DNA of 64,000 nucleotides, taken from Squalus acanthias (lineage: Eukaryota). Of this stretch, positions 36,225-49,420 are shown piece by piece. A model generated the notes under the pieces. It saw only the letters and a program-made list of their open reading frames with translations, did not search any database and was not told the DNA's origin. The stretch covers positions 165,356,001 through 165,420,000 of the forward strand of contig CM059425.1 in the NCBI GenBank assembly GCA_030390025.1, written 5' to 3'. The stretch's first letter is position 1, and the number at the start of each line of letters is the position of its first letter. A program made the translations under genes and the position numbers.

Positions 36225-37470
36225 TCTCGCTATCTCTGTGGCGAGAACTTTACCTTTCTCCACGTGAAATTGATTGTAGCACTGTGTGATGGGAATGCCC
36301 AGTGTAGAGCTGCAGTGATGTCATCAAGGTGTCTAAGCAGCCAATCACATTGAAGGATTCTCACAGACAGCAAACCAGGAAATGAAAAGCACTCATTATC
36401 TGCGCTTTTTAAAAATGTTACACAGAGCGCAATAACGATTGGGGCATGCACATGAGGTTAAGGTAGAAGCTAAAATATCATCAACAAACTTTAAAAATAT
36501 ATATATTTTTTAAAAATTGTAATTTTCATCATAATGGAGAAATTTGACAATCCACAAACATAAAATTTAGTTTTTCAGGGCCAGATGTTGTTTGCCCTTC
36601 AATATGCTGTTAATACCCCAGTTACACCTATTCCAACAAGGCTTAATATTTAATGGGGCATTTAACAGCGATATTAGCGCGGTAAAGCTCATGTTTTTGT
36701 CAGTTCCACTGATTTCACTGATTGCCGGCTAGGGGAGGAAGGGGGGGGTGTGGTGGGGGGAGGGGGTGGTGGGGGGGGAGGGGGTGGTGGTGGTGGGGGA
36801 GGGGGTGGTGGTGGGGGAGGGGGTGGTGGTGGGGGAGGGGGTGGTGTTGGGGGGAGGGGTGGTGGTGTTGGGGGGAGGGGTGGTGGTGGGGGGAGGGGGT
36901 GGTGGGGGGGAGGGGTGGTGGTGTTGGGGGGAGGGGTGGTGGTGGGAGGGGGTGGTGGTGGGGGGAGGGGGTGTTGGGGGGGAGGGGGTGTTGGGGGGAG
37001 GGGGTGTTGGGGGGAGGGGGTGGTGGTGGGGGGAGGGGGTGTTGGGGGGAGGGGGTGTTGGTGGGGGGGAGGGGGTGGTGGTGGGGGGAGGGGGTGTTGG
37101 GGGGGAGGGGGTGGTGGTGGGGGAGGGGGTGGTGGTGGGGGTGTTGGGGGGGAGGGGTTGGTGGTGGGGGGAGGGGGTGGTGGTGGTGTTGGGGGGGAGA
37201 GGTGGTGGTGGTGGTGGTGGGGGGAGGGGGTGGTGGGGGTGGGGGGAGGGGGTGGTGGTGGGGGGAGGGGGTGTTGGGGGGAGGGGGTGGTGGTGGTGGT
37301 TGGGTAGCGGCACAGCACAGCCAGTGTTGGAGCAGTGAATGACTGACCGCAACTTTGGGATTTCCATGTTTAGATGCGCATGCACATCCTGAAGTTGCAG
37401 CCAGTTTCAGAGGGGTAATGACAGAGAACGCTAACAGTTCACCATCCTTATTCACCATAAAATCTGGACC
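36225..37470. mobile_element. Left-truncated copy of the 31120-31837 MITE family with an expanded G-rich tract
   Basis: Collinear with about 31195-31837 on both sides of the G tract; ends CACCATAAAATCTGGACC. Confidence 0.82.
36732..37300 (+). repeat. G-rich minisatellite of GGGGGAGGGGG(TGG)nT(GTT)-type units
   Basis: About 570 bp composed almost entirely of G with T/A spacers. Confidence 0.97.
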
Positions 37471-38410
37471 AAAATGTCCTTATTTTATATTTCCATTATA
37501 AATTCCTATGTCCACATTTATAATGGACACTGGCCCAGTATTTTGGTGCTGCCTGCTAATTTAAAATGGCACAGCACAAAGCCTGGATTACAACACTGGT
37601 TTTCCAGTGGTAGTCTCAGCAGGAAGCCCAATGTAGCGTGGCTAGAGCAAGAGCAGCATTGTCTTAAAGCTAGCCTGTCATTTTAGAAAGCAGTGTCAGT
37701 CATTTAAAGTGGAACTGCCTTCTGAAATGAAAAAATAAAACTATTTAAAAATAGACAGTCTTTAGCCTTTACAGCCCAACTGCCAGCTAAAAAAAAATAA
37801 ACATTAAAAATTATTTAAAAATTGCAGTCTTCAACTCTTAAAGCTAAACTGCCTTTTGCATGTAAAAAATGGTAAGAGTGCTTCAACACTAACACAAATG
37901 GTTCAGCAAGCCAGGGAAGGGGCACCCAGGGTCTCGCACACAGCACTCCAGCTTTGTGTAGGGGGTCAACACTGCAAGAGAGGTCCTCTACCCACAGGGG
38001 CCAGGAGGCCCTCCAGAAAGAAGGATGTGGGACCAGATCACCGAGGCCATCACTGCCAGCAGTGTCGCCCCCACGACCTGGCTCCAGTGCCCAAAGAAGC
38101 TTCATGACCTCAGACCAATGGTCAAGGTCAGTGAATGCATCTTCAAAAGCTAGCCTCACACACTGCTTACTTCATAACCCCTCCCGCCCCCCCATCACTC
38201 ACCTACCAACAATCTGTACCAAACATGAGGCACACCTCCATTCCTAGCTTCACCTCACCTCTTTGGAGGAGACAGTGCTGGATATTCTTGGCAGGGGCAT
38301 GCCTGAGCCCTTGGCCAGCAGCGAGGCTGAAAGAATACAAGATGCTGGTATCCTCATATGTTACCCTCCTTTTGACATTCCACTTCCCCCTCATCCCACA
38401 ATATACTCTG

Positions 38411-38832
38411 ATTTTTTTTTATTCGTTCCTAGAATGTGGACGTCACTGGCAAAAGCCAGCATTTATTACCCATCCCTAATTGCCCTTGAGAAGGTGGTGG
38501 TGAGCCTCCTTCTTGAACCGCTGCAGTCCGCATGGTGAAAGTACTCCCACAGTGCTGTTAGGGAGGGAGTTCCAGGATTTTGACCCAGAAGGAATGGCAA
38601 TATATTTCCAAATCAGAAGGGTGTGTGACTTGGAGGGGAACTTGGAGGTGATGGTGTTCCCATGCGCCTGCTGCCCTTGTCCTTCTAGGTGGTAGAGGTC
38701 GTGGGTTTGGGAGGTGCTGCAGAAGAAGCCTTGGTGAGTTGCAGCAGTGCATCTTGTAGATGGTACACACTGCAGCCACGGTGCACCGGTGGTGGAGAGA
38801 GTGAATGTTTAAGGTGGTGGATGGGGTGCCAA
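38411..38832 (-). mobile_element. 3' fragment of the LINE family at 19168-22425
   Basis: AAVCTIYKMHC..SPRLL.QHLPN; nearly identical to 19170-19565; A-rich tail. Confidence 0.9.
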
Positions 38833-39309
38833 TTTACAAGGTGCACATGGTGTAAGCATGCAACTCTTGCTTTCCCGCCCTCCCCTCACCATAACTCTAC
38901 CTTTGTGCCTTCCTCATTTCACACACCCAAGAAATGCAGCCCGCCCAGCCAGTGGTTGACCAAGAAGAAGGAGAAGAGAGTGAAGAAGAAGAAGAAACAC
39001 CGTCACTCAATTCCACACACCCAGCCACCAGCTCCTCGAGATCGTCCTGCAAGGCTATCTGCAGTGTCCCCCACTGAAAGTCAGCAGCTTTCCACCAGCC
39101 ATGCTGTAGCCACTGGGGTAGCACTACATGACATCAGTAGGATAGGCAAAGGCAGACACAAGACTGTCACTAACGGAATTCACAAGGGTGTTTAATTGAT
39201 TTCTTGATGCCATATTGGATGGATAGATGCATAAAGTTGGATTGGAAAGTTTGCTTTGTGGTGGCTTTTATTTCAGTATTGTGGCCAAGACGATGCTGTG
39301 AAGATCAGT

Positions 39310-40766
39310 AACAACAACAACAACAACAACTTGTATTTATATAGCACCTTTAACGTAGTAAAACGTCCTAAGGCACTTCACAGGAGTATTAAAAGACAAA
39401 AAATTTGACACCGAGCCACATAAGGAGAAATTAGGGCAGGTGACCAAAAGCTTGGTCAAAGAGGTAGGTTTTAAGGAGCGTCTTAAAGGAGGAAAGAGAG
39501 GTAGCGAGGCAACAGAAGGCACGGCCACCAATGGTTGAGTGATTATAATCAGGGATCCTCAAGAGGGCAGAATTAGAGGAGCGCAGATATCTCGGTGGGG
39601 TTGGGGGGCTGAAGGAGATTACAGAGATAGGGAGGGGCAAGACCATAGAGGGATCTGAAAACAAGGATGAGAATTTTGAAATTGAGGTATTGCTTAACCG
39701 GAAGCCAATGTAGGTCAGCGAGCATTGCGGTGATGGGTGAATGAGACTTGGTGCGAGTTAGGACATGGGCAGCCAAGTTTTGGATGACCTCAAGTTTACG
39801 TAGGGTAGAATGTGGGAGGCCAGCCAGGAGTGCGTTGGAATAGTCAAGTCTAGAGGTAATAAAGGCATGGATGAGGGTTTCAGCAGCGGATGAGCTGAGG
39901 CAAGGGCTCATATGTGGTCGGAAGCTCATTTCAGGGTCAAATATGACACCAAGGTTGCGAACAGTGTGGTTCAGCCTCAGACAGATGTTAGGGAGAGGGA
40001 TGGAGTTTGTGGCGGGGACCAAAAACAATGGCTTCAGTCTTCCCAATATTTAATTGGAGAAAATTTCTGCTCATCCAGAACTGGATGTCGGACAAGCAGT
40101 CAGACAATTTAGAGACTGTGGAGGGGTTGAGAGAAGTGGTGGTGAGGTAGAGCTGGGTGTCGTCAGCGTACATGTGGAAACTGATGCTGTGTTTTCGGAT
40201 GATGTCGCCAAGGGACAACATGTAGATGAGAAATAGGAGGGGGCCAAAGATAGATCCTTGTGGGACACCAGAGTTAACAATGCGGGAGCAGGAAGAGAAG
40301 CCATTGCAGGTGATTCTCTGGCTATGATTAGATAGATAAGAATGGAACCAGGCGAGTGCAGTCCCACCCAGCTGGACGACGGTGGAGAGGCGTTGGAGAG
40401 GGATGGAGTGGTCACCCGTGTCAAAGGCTGCAGACAAGTCAAGAAGGACGAGGAGGGATAGTTTACCTTTGTCACAGTCACAAAGGATGTCATTTGTGAC
40501 TTTGATGAGAGCCGTTTCGGTACTGTGGCAAGGGCGGAAACCTGATTGGAGGGATTCAAACAGGGAATTGCAGGAAAGATGGGCACAGATTTGAGAGGTG
40601 ACAACACGTTCAAGGACTTTGGAGAGGAAAGGGAGATTGGAGATGGGGCGGTAGTTTGTGAGGACGGAGGGGTCAAGGGTTGGTTTTTTGAGGAGGGAGT
40701 GATGACGGCAGATTTGAGGGAGAGGGGGGCAGTACCTGAGGAGAGAGAACCATTAACAATGTCAGC
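39310..40766 (-). mobile_element. 5'-truncated L2 LINE (RT and 3' end)
   Basis: DLSAAFDT, GVPQGSI.GP, YADDTQLY, SRLDYSNALL, LHWLPV; (GTT)n tail; TAACA at both junctions. Confidence 0.93.
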
Positions 40767-40952
40767 TAACAGAGGGAAGGTAAGGTGCAGAACAAATGTT
40801 GAAAGGCGAATTGGGGTTGGGATCATTGGTACCGCAGGTGGTTGATTCCATCCCGGATATCCCAGCCAGAAAGGGGCTATCTGGGTTGCATCCTTTCTTC
40901 CACTTCCTCCTCTTCTGCTTCCTCCACTTCTGTGTCTTCCTCTTCCCTCTGC

Positions 40953-41920
40953 AAGCAAATGCTGGAAATCTGAAATAAAAGTAGAAAATGCTGGTAATAT
41001 TCAGCAGGTCAGGCAGCATCTCAACCTGAGACAGTGGGCTGGATTTTGATACTGGGGACGTGATGGAGGCGGGACTCCCACTTTTTGGGTTGTAGTCCCG
41101 CCTCCATCGACTTGTGGCCAACCCATTATATTTTCACTTGATTGACCTTGTTGAGCCCGCCCAGCGGGCTCAGCAGGCCAATTAAGGGCCACCCGGCAAC
41201 AGGTGACGTCACAGATTGACATTTCATCTGTCAAGAGCTTTTGACAGATGAAATATTAGCGTTTGACAGCTCTGTGAAGCTATCAAACACTGACAATCTG
41301 TACTCTAAGTTAATTCCTTTCTCTCAGGCTGATTTAGAGATCTCTGCAGAACAAAAAGCAGAGGTTGCAGCTTTTGACAGCTCAATGGCCATTCCTCTTT
41401 CTGTGCCGGTGAGATTTCTGACTCCCGAGACCTGAAGGGCTGACACCTGCAGGAGGAAGTTAAGGTAAGTAAAACTTTTTTCCACACTTTACACTTACCT
41501 TACACACTTACCTCTGCACACATGCACCCATCACTCACCTGCCCACCGGACATATCGACCCCTCCAAACCCTGCAGACCCACGGTCCGCCTCGCTGAAAC
41601 AGCGTGGTTGGGACCTGTCGGAGAGCCCACATTTCAGGCATAAAAATAGGGATTAGGCAAAAAACTGCCTGTTAACAGGCAGTTTGTTGCCACTAATCCC
41701 CTTCCCGCCTTGGGGAGGCGGGTCCCAGCACAGGTCGGGTACCCGCCACCAGCGAAACTGGCATGGAGGCGGGTTGGGGGCGGGACCCCCGATTCAGCTA
41801 TTTTCAATCCAGTCCCACCTCCAAACCCGCCTCCACGGCTCAATGAAAATTCTGCCCATTAACTCTGTTTCTCTCTCCACAGATGCTGCCTGACCTGCTG
41901 AGTTTTTCCAGCATTTTCTA
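40953..41920. mobile_element. Third Penelope-like fold-back unit; its centre is replaced by the MITE at 41036-41857
   Basis: Left arm AAATGCTGG...CAGCAGGTCAGGCAGCATCT (about 40987-41021) is complementary to right arm AGATGCTGCCTGACCTGCTG...CCAGCATTT (41881-41917). Confidence 0.7.
41036..41857 (+). mobile_element. Harbinger-type MITE, same family as 16494-17328
   Basis: GGGCTGGATTTT / AAAATTCTGCCC ends, flanks AGT/ATT, collinear homology. Confidence 0.88.
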
Positions 41921-44564
41921 TCTTCTCAGAGGACTTCCTTTAACATCCAAAGCCTTGCAAGTGTCCAGCAGCACTTCCTGCACTCCCTGCATGCTTTAAA
42001 AACTTTTAACATCTATTGCACCAAGCCAGTACTTCAATAAAATATTTTAAAAAGTCCAAAAGCTTAAATCCAAACTTACCTGAAAAATGTGTGTGTCCCT
42101 TTAAGAAGTGCTGCCAGCGTCTCTCCAGGGCTGCTTCACACATGCTTTTCTGAGCATGCTTAGGACCCAGTGTTAAACAGAGCGAGAACGTCGAAGTTTG
42201 CAGACATGGCATCAAGTTGGTGTTGTTTGCTGATTGAAGTCACGCTCTGCTCATTTACATTTCAGGGGCCAGCGCTGTCCATGGCAGCGTTATGGCCCTT
42301 ACCAAAATGGCGGCCGCCGTGTCCCGTGTCAGAGGCAGCCGGAAGTGAGGTGGCCGCCATTTTTTGCAGCAAACCAGCGGTAACGGCTGGCGCACAGGTA
42401 CCAAATTTCTAGGCTACTATGTAAACTTATCACACTGTAATTACATCCACCTACCAGTGATGGTGCTGCAACATAGGCAGTTTCCATTATAAAGGTGGAC
42501 ATGGAAATTTGTAATGGCAAATGTAAGATCTTTAATATATGAATCAATTGTGTGATGTATGAATCGTGTTAATGCATTTTGCCACAGTTTTCCCACTTTA
42601 TGCCAGTGGATTGTGTATTATTTTTAATACCTAAGCACCTCTTCGAATTGATTTCCTAATGGAAGGAGTGCACATGCTGTCTGGCTGCAGGGTTTGCCTG
42701 ACGGCCTGCTAGGATTCTAGTGACTGTAGACATCCTGGGGATATGAGAGCCCATCATCTAAGTCAACAATACCCTGTACTGTAGTTGCTGACTGGAACTG
42801 CCTACTTTCTGCCACTTTCCCCTAGGGTGCTGCTTCTGAGGTGTTGCTGAGTAGGAAGCAGTGACCATCAGTCGCATAAAATGTATGCTTTCACTTTCTG
42901 ACTCCTCACAGTAAGGGCTTTGCTCACTCGGTAAATCCCAATTCTACAGTAATTCTGCTCAGTAAACAACTGTGCGTGGCCTTCACACTACTTACTTTAG
43001 CTGTTTTTTAAATGCCTCCTAATTGCAGTTCACAGCTGATTAAGAAGTTTTGTGCTTCTTCCTTCTCATTGGATGGTCACAAAACTCAAAAGGTAACTCC
43101 TCAATAGCACACAAACAACTATTTCCAAGTTTAAACAAGTTGGATAGTCTGCGATGAAAAGGATTGTTCATGATCTGGGGAAGAAATCGTTTTTTCTTAA
43201 TCCATGTGTTCTTTTTTTCCATGTGTTCTTTCGCCAGCTAATCTGAGCCCTAATTTTACTGCCTTGGTGAATTTTGAATTAAAAGCAAGAGAATACGCAA
43301 TATTAAATATACCTTTCCTCTAATCTGTGGTTATAACTACGATTTAACATACTTTTTACACTGTTCTTCCCAATGCCAATTATGCATTTTAATAGGCTTA
43401 TTACACAATTTTCTAGTCTCCTTATCGCATGCTTTTAAATACAGCAATTTAAGACTTTCTACACATGATGGATTTAATATCAATAATTTCTTATCCATTT
43501 TTTAATCAAAATCTGTCAGAATTTTTTTAACGTATAGACCTCCATCTTTTCATTAACATATTTCTTATGCAAACAGAGTGTTGAATACTAAATAAACTGG
43601 GTCATTTGGGTGATTAGAAGCCAGCGGAGATAAGCAGAGAGGCAGGAAGATTAGCATTACGGAATGTATTCACTTGCTAATCTAGCTGTTTCAGTTTATA
43701 GTGCAAATTTCTTCATCCCTGATATTATTATAATACTGGCTTTTACTGCTTTTATCAGTGATTTGGCAGTGCATATAGTTTATCAGGTGTGGATTAGACT
43801 GTCAGCAAAATTTGAAATATTTAGTCAGGCAGAGAACGGGCATTTACACAACTAAATAGAGTCACTCAAAAACAAATAGGGGAAGCTTAAGAAAGTTGAC
43901 ACTAGATATTATGCTGCGCCTTTTCCCTGTTTAATGAATATTCTCACTTCAGATTTGTATTGCAATGCACTACGTAAACTGCGGAGCAAATCTAATTTCA
44001 ATACATTCTTATCTGAAAAACCTAGCCTTCTCTAGTGTATTAAGGATAACGGATCGTGCAAGTGCCAGAGTTCTGATTAATAGTTACTTATAAATCCAGC
44101 ATTGTTTCAATACATTCTTTTACAGTGTTTTTGTAATACAAATAGAGCTGGGTAGGGCTTCAGCAGCATGTGAACCAGCAGGGCGACAGCCTTGAGTCAG
44201 ACAGAAATGTTTCACTCTGAAATGATAACAAATTCCTCAAATAGGTACAAATGAACTTAATGATAACCAGTTAGTAAATTTATGACTTAAATGTGTATCC
44301 TGTGGGCATCCATAACACATTGCATCTGTCCAATTCCCTTTGAGGGCTTCCCTCCTTTATACTTAAACCCAAGCAATTAATGAAATTCTAAAGCCAGATC
44401 TATTTCTAATACTCTTCTTTGAAAATACTGCAACGCAAATGATCTACCCAGCAGCTGTGAAGTTTTTATATTCTGATGTATCTAAAGTATCTTTTTGAAT
44501 TAAACATGGCATTTTACTCTGCAATATGTTATATTAACATGGCAAAATAAATTGAAATACTTGA

Positions 44565-45200
44565 TGCATTTATGTAGCGATTTTCACAACCTCAAGACAT
44601 CCCAAAGCGCTTCACAGCTAATTAATTATTTTTGAAGTGTAGGGTTGCCAACTCTAGTTGGATATATTCCTGGCGGTTTCATCACATGATCTCCCGCCTC
44701 CAATTGCCTCATCCAATGAAACAGCCTTTTTTTCCATCTCCAACATTTTTATAACTATTAAACAAAAGTCTACAAAGAAAATGGAAAAAATGCACTTTTT
44801 TTTAAAGCCCCTATGACTTTTCTCCTGGGTTACTCACAGCAGTGTCCAGGAGATTATTCTGTAATTCCTGAAGACTCCAGGATGATACTGAAGGGTTGGC
44901 AACCCTAAGTGGCATGGCAGCAAGTTTCCTTAAACAGCAATGAGACAGGTGACCAATGAAACTATTTTTGGTGATGTTGGCTGAGGGATAAATTTTGGTC
45001 AGGATGCTGGGAGAATGCCCCTGCTCTTCTTCAAATCGGGCCATAGGATCTTTTATGTCCACCTGAGAGGGCAGACAGGACATTGATTTAACGCCTCATC
45101 TGAAAGATGGCAATTCTGAGGGTGCAGCACTCCCTCAGTACTGCACTTTAGTGTCAGCCGGGATACAGTGACGTTCTGGGAGTGGGGCTTAACCGAGTGG
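44565..45200 (-). mobile_element. Deu-domain SINE interrupted by a MITE
   Basis: Body CACTCCCTCAGTACTGCAC...GTCAGC near 45130; L2-type tail at about 44565-44639. Confidence 0.72.
44640..44907. mobile_element. MITE with 13-bp TIR, probably hAT
   Basis: TAGGGTTGCCAAC / GTTGGCAACCCTA; only AGTG is duplicated at the flanks. Confidence 0.75.
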
Positions 45201-46089
45201 GGCTTAACCGGGAAGGAAGACTGCAATCTACTCCCAGGCCTCAGCTAGTTCTGCTCTACAACTGGTTTCTAAGCTCCAGGAAATGTGTGAGGGAGGGGAG
45301 GTGACTCAATCCTTGATTTTTCCTTCCTTTCTGAGGGGTGCCTGGACTGCAATAGCCCATAATTACATGGCTAAGTTTGGAAACTCACCATGTGGGGAAC
45401 CATGACTCCTTGGTTTGGGTTTTGTTTGTTTCACAATGCAAGTTGTAGAACACGTAAGCAGAGAAGCACCATCTCTCGAAGTTGTATTCAAATTTAAATG
45501 GCTTTTTACTTTGCTGACTTATTGCACAATCAAATAGTTTAATCACCAAATAACCTGATTTGTTTAAATTTAATAAAAATGTGAGCCATTGTAGAGCAAA
45601 ATTAATATTTGATTAAGCATCTAAATAAAATGCTTATTGCTTAAATAAAATAATAAATGGTTAACATGTACCTCTATATATGTTGACCTCAGCACTCAGG
45701 GATTCAAGTAGTTGATTAGATGCCAGTATTATAAAACTGGTCTGGTAATACTTCTAAAAATAAATGCAGTGAAGTAAAATACTTTGGAAACCATCCTACA
45801 GTAAAAGCAACAAAATATAAATTATTCCAGACCGTGGGTGATGGTTATGATAACTACATCATTCCATGTAAGTAGGGCATTAATCCAGTAACATTGCAGG
45901 ATATTAAACAATATAATTATCTTAATTATAGGGAACAAATTAACCAATGAAATTTAGTCAGTGCTGGAAGATGTATAAATTCCAAATGTTTTGTAGCAAA
46001 AAAACCTGGCTCCCACAGCCTAGCCTTAACTGCAGTGTACAATCTTACCTAAACACTTACCACTGCAGTTTATTCTGTTGGACACAACA

Positions 46090-46248
46090 GGGTAGAAATA
46101 AGTCTCGGGCGGCAGCGCAAAACAGGAGATGTCGCCTGTTATACACCCCACCGAAGTCAGTGGAACTGAATATGGAGTGGGGCATGTAGCAGGCGTCCCA
46201 GGCGATACCGGCCGCTTAGTACTACCACCCAAGACTAATTTCTACCCC
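46090..46248. mobile_element. Short palindromic Harbinger-type MITE (a decayed relative lies at about 25453-25558)
   Basis: GGGTAGAAATAAGTCTCGGG / CCCAAGACTAATTTCTACCC. Confidence 0.75.
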
Positions 46249-46726
46249 ATTACTGTATTTTGATCTGCATATCAGTTTGTATTTGTAAAGAAGTAGTTGC
46301 TTATGTGTGTGCCATACCTCTCAGAGGAAGATATCCAAACATTTGTCTTCCTGAGAGCTTCTTTGTCCAGAAATGCAATCACAACACAGTGTAGAAGGTG
46401 CTAATGCTGTGATGATACATAATATTATTGGCATTGATAGTCACCCGTGGCTTTATCAAGGTCTCACTCACAAGGAAAATAAATGCTATCTCTTATTTGG
46501 ATATCATGTAGTCTGTTCATTTGTTTTAAATACATTACATTTTATTGAAAATCTCTGTGGGCAGAAGGTTCTAGCCAATATTAACTTTGAAGTGTGCTTT
46601 TAACTGAATAATTCAGGCAGTTATTTTAAAGTATTTCTTGCACTGCATCTATTTATGGGGCAGGCTAGATGGACCAATGGGTCGTTTCCTGTCTGCCATT
46701 TTCTTATGTTCATATGTACCTGCTAT

Positions 46727-47082
46727 ATCACAGAATCACAGAATCCCCACAGTACAGATAGAGGCCATTTCGGCCCATCGAGCCTGCACCACCCTATCCC
46801 CGTAACCCCACGTATTTAATTCCCCCTAACATATCCCACCCTATCCCCGTAACCCCACGTATTTAATCCCCCCTAATACTAAGGGTCAATTTATCATAGC
46901 CAAATCAACCTAACCCGCACATCTTTGGACTGTGGGAGGAAACCGGAGCACCCGGAGGAAACCCATGCAGACATGGGGAGGATGTGCAAACTCCACACAG
47001 ACAGTCACCCGAGGCCAGATTCGAACCCGGGTCCCTGGCGCTGTGAGGCAACAGTGCTAACCACTATGCCACCGTGTTGCCC
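46727..47082 (-). mobile_element. HE1-like V-SINE
   Basis: tRNA head (GTGGCATAGTGGTTAG, GGTTCGAATCT), V domain GGGTTTCCTCCGGGTGCTCCGGTTTCCTCCCACAGTCCAAAG, CR1-type tail, internal duplication at about 46791-46877. Confidence 0.9.
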
Positions 47083-47554
47083 TATATGTTGGACATTCAC
47101 AAAATTTTCCATGTAGTTGCGTGAAATGGTGACATTTAAAAAAATTAAAATATTGGTTCACATTCCTATTGAAGCATTTTACTTAAGGTTTTTATTCTAG
47201 TAGGGGGATAATATTTCTGAATTTAGAAAGAATAAGGGGGCTAAATTGGATAGCCCCCAAAAACGGGCACGGGGATCGCTGTGCCCGATTAACCCGCGCC
47301 CATTCAATGTAATGCAGGCAGCACGCCATCTTCGTGCTTCCTGCTCATTATAATGATTGCTGCATGCAGCCAGCACTAAATGCGCAATTCATTGCCTACA
47401 TGCATCAGCAGGGGACCCAATATCGTTACTTCGTAGCACTACTTAAAGCTAGCCTGCACCGCTTAAAATTAGCCTGCACCTCTTAAAGGGAAGGGACATT
47501 GTGGCTGGAGCAGGTGCTAACATCATTCGGAATAGTGTTGTGCAACAAATAACA

Positions 47555-49420
47555 ATGGCTGACCATGGGAGAGAGCGTGCACCAAGGTTTTCCGACGCTG
47601 CATTGAAGGTCTTGATGGAGGAGGTGGAAAGGAGGAGCAATGTCCTATATCCGCAGGGGGACAGGAGGTTCTCCAGACACACGATGAGAAGACAGTGGGA
47701 ACAGATAGCCACGACGGTCAATACCAGGAGTTTAGCCCCGAGGACCTGGATGCAGAGCCACAATAAGTTTAATGACCTCACACGAGTGGTCAAGGTCAGT
47801 GAATATATCATCAAGTGCCATATCCTACCAACTGCACCACTAGCCTCAGCACTGCTCAATTACTCAATTACACCCCCATCACTCACCTACCATCACTCAC
47901 CTACCATCACTCACCTACCATCACTCACCTACCATCACTCACCTACCAACAATCACCTACCATCACTCACCTACCATCACTCACCTACCAACAATCACCT
48001 ACCAACAATCACCTACCAATGAGATCAGCCATGACCTTATTGAAAGGCGGAGCAAGCTCGAAGGGCCGTATGGCCTACTCTTGCTCCTAATTCTTATGTT
48101 ATTATGTTCTAATCTCAATCAATCAGGACTCATACCTAACATTCATATGCTTCACCTCACCCTCACACACTTAGCACTGTTGCAAGCCTCACACCCACAT
48201 CTCACAGCTTGTGCATACTGGCAGCTATTCAACCAAGACAGCCACATCACCCAAACAGATAGCATGACGCTCACTGACACACTTCCCTCTCTCTTGCAGG
48301 AGAAGGTAGCGCACAACCGAAGGCACAAGGAACTAATTGGAGGGGTGAGGCGGGCCTGCATGTTCTAACCCCATGGAGGTGCTGGCCATTATTGGAAGGG
48401 CCATTGCTGAGCCTGTGGCCAGTGGCGGGGCTGAATCTATTGAAGGTGACAATATCCTCATACCTAATCCTCCTTCTCGCATCTTACTTCCTCCTCATCC
48501 CACAATCTCTTCTGACTTATAAGCTGCGGATGGTGTAAGCATGCACTTCTTACTTTCCCCTCTCCCCTCACTATAACCTTACTCTTGTCCCTTTTACCTT
48601 TCAGATACCCAAGAACTGCAAACTGGCCAGGCAGTGGAGAAAGACCAAGAAGACAGGGAGCAAGGATAGCGCAGGTGCCAGCTTGCCGGAGGACGATGTC
48701 GCACAGGAGTTCTGCTGCAGAGGACTCAGATGAGGACTTCGATGGGGTGGGCTACAGAAGAAGGCAGATGGGTATACACAATGAAATGCCCATCCTTTAC
48801 AGCATGGAAGTGGTGGCCAACTCCATCAACACACTCGTGAACCTAACCATGATGCAGCGTCTGATGGCCGATGTCTCAGCTTCCATTGCAGCACAAGCAG
48901 CTTCTACCAAAAGTCTGAGTGCTGCAGTGGAAGCTCATGCAAAGTCAGCTTGCTGCCATGCAAGCTCAGATGGCTGCCATCATGGCTCTGGATTCCAGTG
49001 TTTAAAGGGGCTTGCAAGGTGTCACAGCAGTCCAGCAATCTGTCCTCCAACAGATTACTAGGATTGCTGAGGCACCGCTCTGGGCGAGTGGCAGTGGCTC
49101 CATGGAGCACAAACCTGCTGTCCTCTCTCAGGATGATATCATTCATCCTCCCACCCCTGCCACTCTGCCAGTGCCCTTGCTGTTGTCTGTCAGCCAGCCA
49201 GCCAAGACTGCTGCCACCCATGCCGGGATGGTGCAGTATGAAGACGGACCTTCTAGGCCCAGAGCTACTTGAAGTCGTCCTCCAAGTAGTCTCCTCCACT
49301 GAAAGTCAGCAGCCTTCCACCAGCCATGCTGCAGCCACTGGGGTAGCACTTCGTAGGAGTACTAGGACAGGCAAAGGCACACGGGAGACAGACACTAAGG
49401 GAATGCACAAGGGTGAATAG
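47555..49420 (+). pseudogene. Harbinger Myb/SANT-like gene, exons 47555-47794, 48300 to about 48450, 48605-49420
   Basis: Intact 240-nt exon 1 (RAPRFSDAAL.VLMEEVERR...WEQIA...KFNDLTRVVK|GT); exon 2 EKVAHNRR; exon 3 homologous to 8272-8700 (AVLSQDD, QQPSTS, LRRS); frameshifts. Confidence 0.87.
47877..48019 (+). repeat. 14-bp tandem repeat (CCATCACTCACCTA) x about 10 in Myb intron 1
   Basis: Directly visible; variant unit CCAACAATCACCTA. Confidence 0.95.

Larger units (their letters stand above)
37532..42415. mobile_element. Decayed two-gene Harbinger (Myb remnants plus, about 37898-39195; transposase C-terminal remnant minus, about 40840-40950) with nested LINEs, palindrome and MITE
   Basis: 13/18 TIR GGCCCAGTATTTTGGTGC / GTACCAAATTTCTAGGCT, ACT on both flanks; internal segments homologous to 47555-49700. 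Confidence 0.68.

Noticed and set aside
36689..37458. Long Pro-, Gly- or His-rich ORFs
   Set aside because: Artefacts of the stop-free G-rich minisatellite, open in all six frames.
43040..43222. 60-aa ORF as a host exon
   Set aside because: No recognisable domain or convincing splice context.
46990..47082. Functional tRNA gene (likewise 22335-22425 and about 30612-30650)
   Set aside because: These are tRNA-derived heads fused to retroelement bodies, with no complete cloverleaf evident.
47877..48019. CRISPR-like array
   Set aside because: Head-to-tail repeats without spacers in eukaryotic DNA.
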